Below are positions 37,384 to 50,372 of a stretch of 64,000 nt of DNA, one piece after another. The notes under the pieces are model-generated. The model had not been told where the DNA came from. It did not search any database and worked only from the letters and a program-made list of their open reading frames with translations. This DNA comes from Octopus vulgaris (lineage: Eukaryota), in assembly GCA_951406725.2 (NCBI GenBank), contig OX597815.1, positions 208,134,001 through 208,198,000 on the forward strand. Direction: 5' to 3'. Position 1 is the stretch's first letter; each line of letters begins with the position of its first letter. Made by a program: the position numbers and the translations under genes.

Positions 37384-37792
37384 AGGCAAGCTGGCAGAAA
37401 TGTTAGCACGCCGGGTGAAATGCTTAGCAGTATTTCGTCTGCCATTACGTTCTGAGTTCAAATTCCACCGAGGTTGACTTTGCCTTTCATCCTTTTGGGG
37501 TCGATAAATTAAGTACCAGTTATGCACTGGGGTCGATATAATTGACTTAATCCGTCTGTCTGTCCTTGTTTATTTCCTCTGTGTTTAGCCCCCTGTGGGT
37601 AGTAAAGAAATAGGTATTTCGTCTGCCTTCAATGTTCAAATTCCCCCAAAGTCGACTTTGCCTTTCATCCTTTTGGGGGTCAATTAAATAAGTACCAGTT
37701 ATGCACTGGGGTTGATGTAATCGACTTAATCCCTTTGTCTGTCCTTGTTTGTCCCCTCTGTGTTTAGCCCCCTGTGGGCAATAAAGAAATAA
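37384..37792 (+). mobile_element. SINE family B plus tandem headless second copy
   Basis: Full copy 37384-37612 is followed directly by a repeat starting at ggtatttcgtctgcc and ending aataaagaaata. Confidence 0.85.
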
Positions 37793-38644
37793 ATACAGTT
37801 TTCGATACGGCTTCTTTTACAGTTTATTTTTCTTTCTATCAGGGCAGTGAGCTGGCAGAATCGTTAGCACACTGAAGTCATTTACAGTAACTGAACAGAC
37901 TGCAACAGTATGAAATGAAGTGTCTTGTTCAAGGACACAGTTCACTACCCACCCAGGAATTGAACCCATGATCTTATAATCATGAACCAAACACCTTGAC
38001 CACTAGGCTACATGCCTTTGCAAGTAGTAGGCAGCAAATATGATCATTATGGGGACTTTTAAAATCAAATCTAGACAGGTTCATAAAACACAGAAGATGT
38101 GTTGGTGTGATTATTGATAGAGAAACAACAAATGTTTTACGACATTGTTGCTATACATGAGAACCACCATATTGCCTGAAAGGAATTAAGAGCATTAATA
38201 AATAACCCTTAGAATTCAAACCTTAGGTTACGTATCTCTCAAGAACAAGGGGGAGGGCAATTATATAATCAATAATGGTGGAACACTAACCTCAATTTCT
38301 AAAATACAATCATTCTACTTTAAACAGCTGTGGTAAATAAAGACAGTTACCAATACCATACAAAAATCTACATTGCTTCTGTCCAACAAAAAAACAAACA
38401 AAAACATGTACTTTACATCTGAAGTTTGCGGACCTGAGGAAAACAAACATAATGTCCGACCCCCAGTGTTCAAATGATACTTATTTTAGCAACCTTGAAA
38501 GGATGAAAGACAAAGCTGACCTCAGTAGGATTTGATCTCAGAATGTAAAGGACCAGAAGAAATGCCACTGAGCATTTTTGTCTGGCTTTCTACCGATTCT
38601 GCCAGCTCACTATCTTCAGTAATAATGATAATGATAGTAATGGA

Positions 38645-38975
38645 AACCCCTTCAGTCATGAATGACCATGGGATTGCACCTAGAAAGTTACCCTCCCAGG
38701 CACAAGTCCAGGCAAGATTATTTGTGGAAGGCTAGCAGTTGCCCGTGCATACCAGCCTCCTCTCTCCACACCACTGATGTTATCCAAGGTAAAAGCAAAG
38801 GCCGATACAATTTGGCACCAGTGATGTTGCAACTCATTTCTATAGTTGAGTTAACTGGAGCAACATGAAATAAAGTGTCTTGCTCAAGAACACAACACGC
38901 AGCCCGGTCAGGAATCAAACTCACACCTTCACAATCTTAAGCTCAATGCTCTAACCACTGAGTCATGTGCCTTCA
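38645..38975 (-). mobile_element. SINE family D variant with alternative 3' module
   Basis: Head and centre as 31486-31810; 3' module ttggataacatcagtgg...ctttctaggtgcaatcccatggtcattcatgac. Related copies at ~52750-53075 (-) and ~60118-60400 (+). Confidence 0.75.
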
Positions 38976-39800
38976 CCATATTGATTATATCAACTCTAGT
39001 GCTCAACTAGTGTTTATTTTATCAACTCCAAAGGGATAAAAGGCAAAGTTGACCTCAGTGGAATTTGAACTCGGAATGTAAAGATGGATGAAATGTTGCT
39101 AACCATTCTGTCTGCTGTGCTAACCACTCTGCCAGCTTGTCACCTTTATAATAATAATAATAGTAATAATAATAGTAATATGATTATGTGTGTGTATTTG
39201 TTTGTGTGGAAGCATAGCAGATAATATTGATATGAAATAGAAAAGGATAGAGAAGGGGAAAGAGAAAGAAGAATGAAAGGAGAAAAGAGAAAGAAGAAAG
39301 AAATGGTAAAGAGAAAAGGAAGTGAATTTCTTTAAAAAAAGCAAACGAGAAAATTTAAATAGCTGCAACTAAAAATATATTCAGATAAAACTTAGAAGCC
39401 ATAGAAGCTATTAGCCATCTCTGATTAAAAATTTTCTGAAACTCCTGATAAAGGTAAACTTTATTGAAAATAAACCAAAAAAAATTTTTTAAATAACTAT
39501 AAGGTTTGAAAAATAAATTAAAGTCATAATTGAGTTAAAAATCAGCAAAAATTTGGGAATTTAAGGCAAAGAACTAAATTGAAGAGCTATTTTTGAAACC
39601 AATACCAAACTAATAACAAAAACACTTTTATAACATTTGCTATCATCCCACCTGACAAATCCATGCAACTGCAAGTTCCTTGTAAACCACCAGAATGGCT
39701 TCTCTCAATTTGGATCAACTACATTTTCATTACGTTGATAACAAGAAGAAGACAAATGTCAGTCGAAAACCCAAGTATTTTTCCACGCATAAATACATAC

Positions 39801-39859
<59 letters not shown>

Positions 39860-39913
39860 CATACATATATACATATATACACATGAATATATATATACAT
39901 ACGTGTGTATATC

Positions 39914-39952
<39 letters not shown>

Positions 39953-39954
39953 CA

Positions 39955-39986
<32 letters not shown>

Positions 39987-40042
39987 CATACCTACACACA
40001 CACACATATATATATATACATACATATATAGATAGATATATT

Positions 40043-40082
<40 letters not shown>

Positions 40083-41504
40083 CATACATATGTGCACACA
40101 CCCACACAGTTGTGTGGGTGTATCTCTTTGTGTGTATATATATATATACATGCATGCAGTAACGAATGGTGAACAACAAACCAAGATAGCTAGATATTTT
40201 CTTTAGAGGAATTTCTTATTTAATTTGTTTGTCATGGCATAAACTTTTGAGATGACATAAATAAGGCTTTCCAATCTTTTTTTTCTCTCTTCCTCGATAA
40301 TAACTTTGTGTGCAAATGCTAAGTTGGAAAACTTCTAATAGAATAAACATTAGTGGAAATGAAAACGAAGAAAAAAACAAATAAAAGAAAAATATATTTT
40401 TAAAAAATTCTTCCTTTACTATTGTTATTTTGGGGGAAACAAACAATTCTATTGATATTATCTATTGTACCAATATCAATATTTCTTGTTAATACCCTAT
40501 GCAAAGCCATAAATTTCTAAATCTGTCTCTAATTATCTTTTTCTTGATCAGTTGGCTTATCTAACTGTTTACCTTGTCTTCTTTTAGTTCCTTCCGCTTT
40601 CCTTCTAGTCACACCCTCTTCTTTTTACCCATAACATTTTGTGCATATTTAAAAGGCTTTAGATTCTTTAGAGAAAACTATTAACAAAGCTTCACATTAG
40701 AATTTCCAAGCTGATCTTTCATCAGTGTCATTATTCTTAAACCAACTTCATTCATAGAATTGTCCAAATATATTTAAACCCAAGAAAGCCATGACAAAGG
40801 CAACATCAAAACTGTTACATTCAGAAGACCTCATAAGCACTGATATCAATTCCTCATAAGAAGATTTCATTTCAATTACATGAAATTTATCTGGAATATA
40901 ATTTGAATTTTTCTGACCAACACTTACAGCCAAAAAGGTAAGTCAACTTATACACCACGATAACTTCGGAGGATCAAATATTCCATGTGATATACAGCAG
41001 GATTTTGAAAGATAGTAATAATGTTTAAATGTTTACACTACGTGTTTTAACTTTCACTGGTTCCAATCATTGGACTGCAGTCATTCTGGGAAACTGCTTT
41101 GAAAGAGTCTTAGTCAAATGAATTGACTTCAGTACTTTTTAAAAACTTGGTACTTATTCTATTGGTCTTTTTTGCCAAACCACTAAGTTACGGTGATGCA
41201 AACTAATCAATACCAATTGTCAAACAGTGTAAGGGACAAGCACACACACCCACCCAAACGTCACACACACACACGCACACACACAAAACTAGCACTCTGT
41301 TGGTTATTGTTGTTGTTAAGCAGCAAGATGAGTAAGGGTGATTAGGCGATGGTCTAGGGCTTAGAGGTGGGAGACCCCAGACCTTGGAAAAAACAACTTT
41401 GGTCATCTTGTTGTAGTCGAGGGCTCTTTGTTGATGCCCGACACCACCGGAAGGTGGCCCTCAAAGTCACTGAAAATGGAGATCTCCAGGTCCAAATTCT
41501 TGGA

Positions 41505-41822
41505 CGGCCTCTGTTGGTTATGACAATGAGGGTTCCAGTTGATCAGATCACCGGAAGAATCTGCTCATGAAATTAGCATGCAAGTGACAGAGCACTCCAT
41601 AAACATGCATGCCCTTAACGTAACTCTCAGGGGGATTCAGTGTGGCACAGAATGCGACAAGGCCGACTTTTAAAATTACAGGTACATCTCATCTTTCCTG
41701 GCCAAGCAGACTGGAGCAACATGGAAAATATTGTCTTGCTCAAAGTCACAATGCACTGCCAGGAATTGAACTCCTGACCTAATGAATGAGCTGAACACCC
41801 TAACCACTAAGCCATGCACCTA
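41505..41822 (-). mobile_element. SINE family D, older, nested in a family A copy (41055-41997)
   Basis: Diverged reverse complement of 31486-31810; family A halves on both sides. Confidence 0.7.
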
Positions 41823-43125
41823 CACACACACACACACACATGACTAGCTTATTTTAGTTTCCATCTACTATGTCCACTCACAAGCTTTTGGTCGGCCCAG
41901 AGCTATAGGAGAAGACACTTGCCCAAGGTGCCATGCAGTGGGATGGATCCTGGAACCATGGGATTAGGAGGTAAATCTCTTACCACACAGTTACACCTTT
42001 GCTTACATATTAACACTACATACTACATCAGCGTACATGCAGAAAGATATGGCACATGATTTCAATATAATTTCCTAGCAACTTTATTTTAACCTGAAAC
42101 AAATTGCTAGCAGTTTCCTAATAAATCTATTATTCAATGGAAAAGGAAATAGAAAAAAAAAATTGGTTCTTTAGAATTTCCAAGTTATATTTTCTGCTCA
42201 GCTGGGTTCTTCAAAATATTCTCAGGAATTTTTCTTCTTGACTGAACCAAGCAACTTTATTTTCCCACCGACCAAACAGGCTTTTTTTCGTTTTTATTTT
42301 TGAAATTATATTTCTGTGGTTTGCTGCGCAATTTACCTTCATTGACTATAAATTCTTATGAGTTCAAACCAAACAGGAACTATATTCACACTACAACAAC
42401 CTAAATCAGAGAAACTTTTAGATGGAAACTTGAAGAAATCTCTCGTATGTATGTATGTATGTATGTGTATGTGCGTGTGTATGGGTGTGCATGCATATGT
42501 GTGATTGTGTTTGTGTGTGTGTAGTGTGTGTGCGTGTGTTTGTGTGTGACTGAGTTTTTGATTGTCCCCACCACTGCTTGACAACCGGTGTTGGTGTGAT
42601 TACATCCCTGTAACTTAGCAGTTCAACAAAAGATTGGTGGAATCTGAACTCAGAATGCAAAGCCAGAAAAAAATTCTGTGTTTTGTCTAGTATGCTAATG
42701 AATCTGCCAGTTCACCACCATTTTTTAAATCCTTTTTACTGTTTGTGTATGTATGTGTGTGTGTACATACACACAAACATATATACATATATAGATATAG
42801 AGAGATATATGTATGCATGTGTATGTGTGTGTGTGTGTGTGTGTGTATAAAAATATATGTGCATGTGTATGTATTCATGTATTGTTGGTGTCATAAGACT
42901 TTTGAAACATCAAGAGAATGTGAAAGGATTCTAGTTTGGAAATGGTGAACCTTGAAGCAGATAAATGCCTATGAATAATAGCATGTAAATATTTGGTTAA
43001 CAACTCTTTGGATAGGAAAAGTTGCAGACTGTCCATGGGGCATTTTTTGGAAACATGACAGATGTCCAACTAATATCAACATCACCAGCATTATCTTTTG
43101 ATATCTGGTTCCCATACTGGCATGG

Positions 43126-43169
<44 letters not shown>

Positions 43170-43635
43170 TGTGTATTTGTGTGCATATGCATACGTATAT
43201 ATCTATATATATTTGTATGTATTTGTGATTCAAACCCTATGCTTTAAAAAGACTTGATTTGTTAATAACATACAAACTCCATAAGCACGATATTTTCTAC
43301 AAGGCTTTATTTTATAAGCAAAATAAATGTTTAATTTATTGTGAATTTGAACAACAATCTCAGGAAGAAAAAAAACAATTAGTTTCCAACAAAAATTTCA
43401 TTCACAAATGATTAAGTTAAACTAATTAATCAGTGTAAAAAAAATTATCTCAAGTTCTGTAAGTAGGACAGTGATCAAGCTTGATATGCTAGCTAATTAT
43501 GCTAAACTGTACTGAGTAGAACAATAACTAGTTCAGTATTTAATTAAATATGCAAACTAGCTGTGTCTATAATCAAATCTTCAATATGGAAATTAGGCGT
43601 GATAATTTTTTTCTTTTTTTTTTTCAAATTATGAG

Positions 43636-44011
43636 TTTACTCTTTTACTTGTTTTAGTCATTTGACTGTGGCCATGCTGGAGCACTGCCTTTAGTCGAGC
43701 AAATCGACCCCAGGACTTATTCTTTGTAAGCCTAGTACTTATTCTATCGGTCTCTTTTGCTGAACCGCTAAGTTACGGGGACATAAACACACCAGCATTG
43801 GTTGTCAAGCGATGTTGGGGTGACAAACACAGACACACAAACATATACACACACATACATATATACGACAGGCTTCTTTCAGTTTCCATCTACCAAATCC
43901 AAGGCCTTGGTCAGCCTGAGGCTATAGTAGAAGACACTTGCCCAAGGTGCCACACAGTGGGACTGAACCCGGAACCATGTGGTTGGTAAGCAAGCTACTT
44001 ACCGCACAGCC
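43636..44011 (-). mobile_element. SINE family A, full length
   Basis: Complete match to other young copies. Confidence 0.92.
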
Positions 44012-44586
44012 GTTCCAAACCCGTTATACATTTCATCATCTTTGAATAAAATTATATTGGTTCTGTCTATATAAACCCTCTTTTTCAATAAAAATATATA
44101 AATAGCACTGCAGTTAACTTTACTTGGCCATTTCCTTGTGAGCTATTTCTGTTGTATGGAAACTAGGTGCAGCAGTCAAAAACTTAAATCATATCAGTTC
44201 CAAATGATGGTATCACAGTATTGACCAAATTATCAGATGTTGTAATACATCGCTGGTCACAATGCACTTCATATTGTATATTTTTTGGTATTTTGTCCTG
44301 TGTGTTTATGTATTTTTCATGCATTGGTGATATCCTGCATTTGATGTATTATATATATATATATATATATATAAACACACACATGCACAACAGGCTTCTT
44401 TTAGTTTCAGTTTATCAAATCTTGAGTGCTACTGTAGAAGACAATTGTCCAAAGTGCCGTTTGATGGGATTGAACCTAAGCCCACAGTGCTGAAAGTTTC
44501 AAATGATAGCTATTGCATTCAATGACTATTTTTGAAAGCAGTAATGTGGGACAATGGGTATATAGCTCAAATCTATTACATGTAGT

Positions 44587-45180
44587 ATCTCAGCTGTTTA
44601 GACTACTGCTCCCACCTATGATCACCACAGTGTAAAATTAAGGATAGAACTCAAAGCAATCCAGCAAAGCTATACAAAAAAGATCATCTCAATGTGATAT
44701 GTCAGCTACAGGGAGAGACTGAGAAAGTTAAGACTCTGCTCCTTAAATGAAGGCAGGAAAGAAGTGTAGAGATATGTGTCTGTAAAATCCTAGAACTTGT
44801 ACCAAACTTTGGCACTGAAAGTTACACAAACATAAAAAAGGGGTACCAAAAGTCCCAACATTGCTATCAGGATACAGGACCAGATACTGCAAGAACTAGG
44901 GTTTCCACGGCCTACAGCTCTTCAATATCCTTCTCAAAAGCCTGAAAAACCTACATAGGGTGGATGTAGGTGACTTCTAAATAAAACTGGATCTCCTGGT
45001 ATCAAGAGTTACTGATGAACCTACCTCACAGTGAGAAATGAAGATGAGGGTTGCAACATCAAACTTACTCATTCACTAAATGTCACATATCAAAGAAGGT
45101 TTCCAGTAGTGAAAGTGTAGCAGAGCTAATAGCGATGCCCCAGCATGGCCACAGCTCTTGAGCCGAACTTAGTAAAGGAC
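44587..45180 (+). pseudogene. CR1-clade LINE ORF2 C-terminus and 3' UTR, decayed
   Basis: LDYCSHL*SP; ELKAIQQSYTKKI; VSYRERLRKLRLCSL; KILELVPNFG; LFNIL; KLDL; ends gatgccccagcatggccacagctcttgagccgaac. Confidence 0.8.
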
Positions 45181-46574
45181 CAAGGAGAGGAGTCTTATAT
45201 CAAAATCTAAGGTAAGTCATCATTGTGCAATCTCACAATAGAAATTTAGGTCTTTTTCTGACCCCATAAAAATGAACCACAATAATACATTCTAAAAATA
45301 TTTCTTCAGAAGCAAATATTAATAATGGAAAAACAGACAAAAATACACTTATCTATATATGTGTTTGCGTGTGTGTGTATATCAACACATACATGCACAC
45401 TCGTCACCATCACTAACACTGCTATTATATACATACCTATGTTTTATTTACTCCTCTCTGAATCACATCCCTTTGCAATAAGATGAATATTGTTCCCTTT
45501 CAATCCCTTATGAGATTAATAAAAGAAGAAAAACAAACAAACAAAAAAAAGGGAGAAATAGACAAAGAACTGGGGGGGGGGGTGTCTCTATAATTGACTA
45601 AATCTCTTGTGGGCAATACTCCAGCATGGCCGAGGCTAAAATACTGAAAATGGTAAAAGAATGAAAGAATATCCATGAATGCCTCACATCAAATGTCAAA
45701 CGGTGACTTTTTGCACATGGCCTCTGGTTTCCTGCTATAGAATTTTCAGACCAGCTTGATGATTATTTCCACTACATTAAACACACCAAAAGGACGGTTA
45801 ACTGAATGCAAACAAAATTTCAACCAAGTAGAAGGCACTAATAAAATATTGCTACTAATATTTTCAAATGATTCTAGACAAAGAATTCCAACACATTTTC
45901 TCTCTCTCTCTCTCATATATATATATACACATATATATATATGTATAAATATATATAAATGTGAGTACATATATGCATGTGTATCTATATATTTGTGTGT
46001 GTATGTGTATGTGGTGAGATATTTACATGTATAAGAACATAGGTGCAAAACAAAATGGATAAAATAGCACTCGACTATCAAATATCGAGTAAAATATAGT
46101 GTTTTATTGAAGCTGAAAAATCCACACAAACTGTTACACCGAGTTATATGAAACCAATCGTAAAGATTTTCAGCCTCAATAAAACACTATATATATATAT
46201 ATACACACACACATGTATGTGCATATATACTTATTTATAAAAATATGTATGTATAAATACTTTTAACTATATATATATATATATATATATACATCTTTAG
46301 TTTAATGTCCTCTTTTCCATGCTTGAATGGGTTGGATGAAGTTTACTGAGTTATGAGAAAGAGACACAAACACACACAAACACATGAACATTTCAGGTTC
46401 CATCTACCAGATCCACTTACAAGTCTTTGTTCAGCCCAGGGCTATACAAGACACTTACCAAAGATATCATGCATCAATAAAAGAACACATACACACACAT
46501 GCAAATGGAAAGTACTCAATATTCTTTTCTACTCTAGGCACAAGGCCTGAATTTTTTTTTGGGGGGGGAGGGCA

Positions 46575-46740
46575 GTCGATTCAATTGACCCCAGTACACA
46601 ACTGGTACATAATTTATCGACCCCGAAAGGATGAAAGACAAAGTCGACCTCAGTGGAATTTAAACTCAGAACGTGAAGACAGACAAAATACTGCTAAGTA
46701 TTTCACCTGGCATGCTAACATTTCTGCTAGCTAGCCGCCA
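46575..46740 (-). mobile_element. SINE family B, partial
   Basis: gaccccagtacacaactggtac...cgaaaggatgaaagacaaagtcgacc...catgctaacatttctgc. Confidence 0.75.
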
Positions 46741-47279
46741 TTGAGAAGTACTCAATATCGACGAATAAAACTGAGTGTAATTGCATACTATAGAAGTGAA
46801 ATTACTCTTGAATGCTACTCTGAGGTTTATGATTCTTTGTTAACTTATATGATCAGTACAGAATCGCAATACTCAGAGTAGCAAAGGAAAAATAACCTCA
46901 GCACTACAGTCTAATTATCTCTCTATCTATCCACCTATATATTTAAATAATGAGGGAGATAAATTGAATGTTAATTTAATTAATATCAATTTAAAACCAG
47001 TAGCCTAGCATATATAAAATCTGAAAAATCAGAAAAAATTCAATACATGTGTATATATATATAAATTTTTTTTCTATCTTTCTGTTTGTTTGTCCATATA
47101 GCTGCACACACACACACACACACCTGTATACACTCACAAACAAGATATTAATATATCTTCAGGTGAGACATAACCGCAGACAGCTGGAAGACTCATTGAA
47201 CAATTAATTACACTTCTTATACAGATGCAGAATACAATGTCTCATGTGCCTCCGCTATTGTTACAGGCGCTGCTGCAGG

Positions 47280-47850
47280 TGATGATGATGATGATGAGGA
47301 TGATGATGTCGGTGATGATGAGTTTTCCTCTCCTAGTGTTGCGGCTTCTGCTACAATGACGACTATTATAATGACCACCACCTTGGTATTACCACACAGC
47401 AATTATCAAAGATCACTAACTATAATAGTAACATCATCATCATCATCATCATCATCAATAGCATCAGAAATATCAACCACTATCAACACACCACCACCTT
47501 TTCCACTACTACTACTACTACTGCTACTCCTACTACTACTACTATCACCACCAACAACAACAGCAACATCATTATCACAGACACTGTTACCACCACTACT
47601 ACAATAACTGCCACCACCACCCACCACCACCATATTCACCCACCACCATCCTCACCACCACCACCACCTCTACTACTACTACTACTACTACTACTACTAT
47701 CACCACCAACAATAGCAACAGCATTATCACAGACACTGCCACCACCACCACCACCACCATATTCACCCACCATCATCATCATCCTCACCACCACCACCAC
47801 CATTGCCATTGTTATCATGACCACCATGACCACCACCACCACCACCATCA
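47280..47850. repeat. Trinucleotide-rich low-complexity block with internal duplication
   Basis: (GAT),(CAT),(CTA),(CAC) runs; ctactatcaccaccaacaa...cattatcacagacactg...ccatattcaccc occurs twice. Confidence 0.8.
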
Positions 47851-48393
47851 TTACTCCACAGAAATCACCTGGAAATTCTTTGTCAAAGACAGCAGAGACA
47901 GCATATGCCCAATAGTAAACATGTGTCATTGTCCAGCTGTGTCCAACAACAAAAGCTTTCCATCATTGTTATACTTTGGTCAAGAATACGTCCTCATAAG
48001 ATACTTGAATACATTTTTACCTCCAGGGGTTACTTTCTAAAAGGCCATTAAACCAACCAAAAAAAGAACAACAATAAACACCAACCTAACATTTACAACA
48101 ACAACAACAACAACAACATCACCACCATCAGAATTATCATCATTATTATTATTATTATTATTAAGCGCTGTCGCTAGTAGTTTTGTAACAAATTTTCCTT
48201 TTCTTTTCAGACAGATGTCTCTCTCTCTCTCTCACACTCTCTCTCGTTCTCTCTCTTGCTCTTTCTCTCTCTTGCTCTTTCTCTCTTTCGTTCTCTCTCT
48301 TGCTCTTTCTCTCTCTCTCGTTCTCTCTCTTGCTCTTTCTCTCTCTCGTTCTGTTCCCTGTTATTCACTTCTTATTGAAAACCTAACCAGCTC

Positions 48394-48448
<55 letters not shown>

Positions 48449-48780
48449 GTCTCTCTCTCTCTCTCTCTCTGTTTAATAGATCTCCAAGGAGAAACGTGAG
48501 ATCAAGCAACAATTACTACAAATAATGCATCAGTAACAAGAAAAAGTAAAAAAAAAAAAAAAAACAAAAGAAAAAAACTGAAGAAAATAACCTTTAAAAA
48601 TGAAAAACAAAAAGTAGAAGAAAAGAAAACACTTACACGTATATACACACGTCTACATAAATATACACACACTAAAAAGCTGATATACATACATATGCAC
48701 ACGCATGGACGTACTAAACTTTGTGCATACATACATTCATGTGGTAAAATCACACAAACACACACTTGCACAGAATATTA

Positions 48781-48818
<38 letters not shown>

Positions 48819-49215
48819 GAGAAAGAAAGAAAGAGGTAGAAGTAGAAGATAAGGACTAAGAAAGGGAGGATGGAGAAAAGAAAACTGACAAGATGGAAAG
48901 AGAAACATAGAGATCATATCAAAGATTGAGAGTAAAACTGCTAGCAATGATTTCAATATTATCAAGTGTGTGATATCATCATTATCATATCCATTCTCTT
49001 CAACAATATCCTTTCTTATCTTTAAAATCTTATCTTACCTGACCACTCCTGAGACAAGACTGTCCCTTGTTTCTATGAAATAAAACCTTTTCATTTTAAA
49101 GTGCTCATGTTTAAATTAAAGCTTTTCATTGCAATTCTATACAAAGAACCTTTTGTCGTGTTCCAAGAACTAACTTAATAATGAATTGCTCCAAATTCTT
49201 TCTTTGTTTTCAAAA

Positions 49216-49620
49216 AGGAGTGGCTGTGTGGAAAGTAGCTTGCTAACCAACCACATGGTTCCGGGTTCAGTCCCACTGCGTGGCATCTTGGGCAAGTGTC
49301 TTCTGCTTTAGCCCCAGGCCGACCAATGCCTTGTGAGTGGATTTGGTAGACGGAAACTGAAAGAAGCCTGTCGTATATATGTATATATATATGTATGTGT
49401 GTGTGTGTTTGCGTGTCTGTGTTTGTCCCCCTAGCATGGCTTGACAACCGATGCTGGTGTGTTTACGTCCCCGTCACTTAGCGGTTCAGCAAAAGAGACC
49501 AATAGAATAAGTACTGGGCTTACAAAAAGAATAAGTCCCGGGGTCGATTTGCTCGACTAAAGGGAGTGCTCCAGTATGGCCGCAGTCAAATGACTGAAAC
49601 AAGTAAAAGAGTAAAGAGTA
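49216..49620 (+). mobile_element. SINE family A, full length
   Basis: AGGAGTGGCTGTGTGG..GGTTCAGTCCC head, CORE-like CTTGGGCAAGTG, and tail ccagtatggccgcagtcaaatgactgaaacaagtaaaagagtaaagag. Confidence 0.92.
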
Positions 49621-50111
49621 TGAACTGTGTAATTCATAAGGAAGTCTAGCCATGAAAGGGTGAAATTCTTCTTCAGGGAAGAAAAGACCATAGATTGGCA
49701 GAACTGATAAGAGTGGTTATGCAAACCGATGTAATACTTGCTTTAGTCTTTTTATATTCTGTGCTCAAATTCTACTGAGAATGAGCCTGCATTTTGCTTT
49801 TGCTGAGGCCATTACACAAAGTACCAGTGTCATGAACAGGTATCAACGTTATTGACAACACCTGCCTCATCAAGCACTATACTACGTCTCTCTCTCTCTC
49901 TCTCAATCATAAATCATTCAACATCATCTTCATTATATACTTGCTTTCTAAGGTGGCAAGCTGGCAGAGTCTTTAGCACATTGGACAAAATACTTGGTGG
50001 CATTCCTTTACATTCTGAGTTCAAATCCTGCCAAAGTTAACTTCGCTTTTCATCCTTTCATCCTAAAATAAGTTTCAGTCAAATACTGGCTTTAATGTAA
50101 ACAACCTATTA

Positions 50112-50372
50112 AAATAAATAAATGTGCCCTTTTTAAAGCCTAGCCAGGCTCATGGGCCCTGTTTCCCGGTTTCTGTGGCGTATGTGTTCCCCAGCTGGAC
50201 GGGACACCAGTCCATCGCAGTGTTACTCATTTTTGCCAGCTGAGTGGACTGGAACAATGTGAAATGAAATGTTTTGCTCAAGAACACAACGTGTCGTCCG
50301 GTCCAGGAAACGAAACCACAATCTTATGATCCTGATGCTGACACCCTAACCACTAAGCCACGCACATCCACA
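50112..50372 (-). mobile_element. SINE family D variant with third 3' module
   Basis: Head and centre as family D; 3' module ctgcgatggactggtgtcccgtccagc...gggcacatttatttattt. Confidence 0.75.

Noticed and set aside
40690-40940. Minus-strand CUGAUGA..GAAA motif, a 61-aa ORF and splice-donor-like sites
   Set aside because: Stems are too weak for a hammerhead, the peptide is unrecognisable, and candidate exons contain stops.
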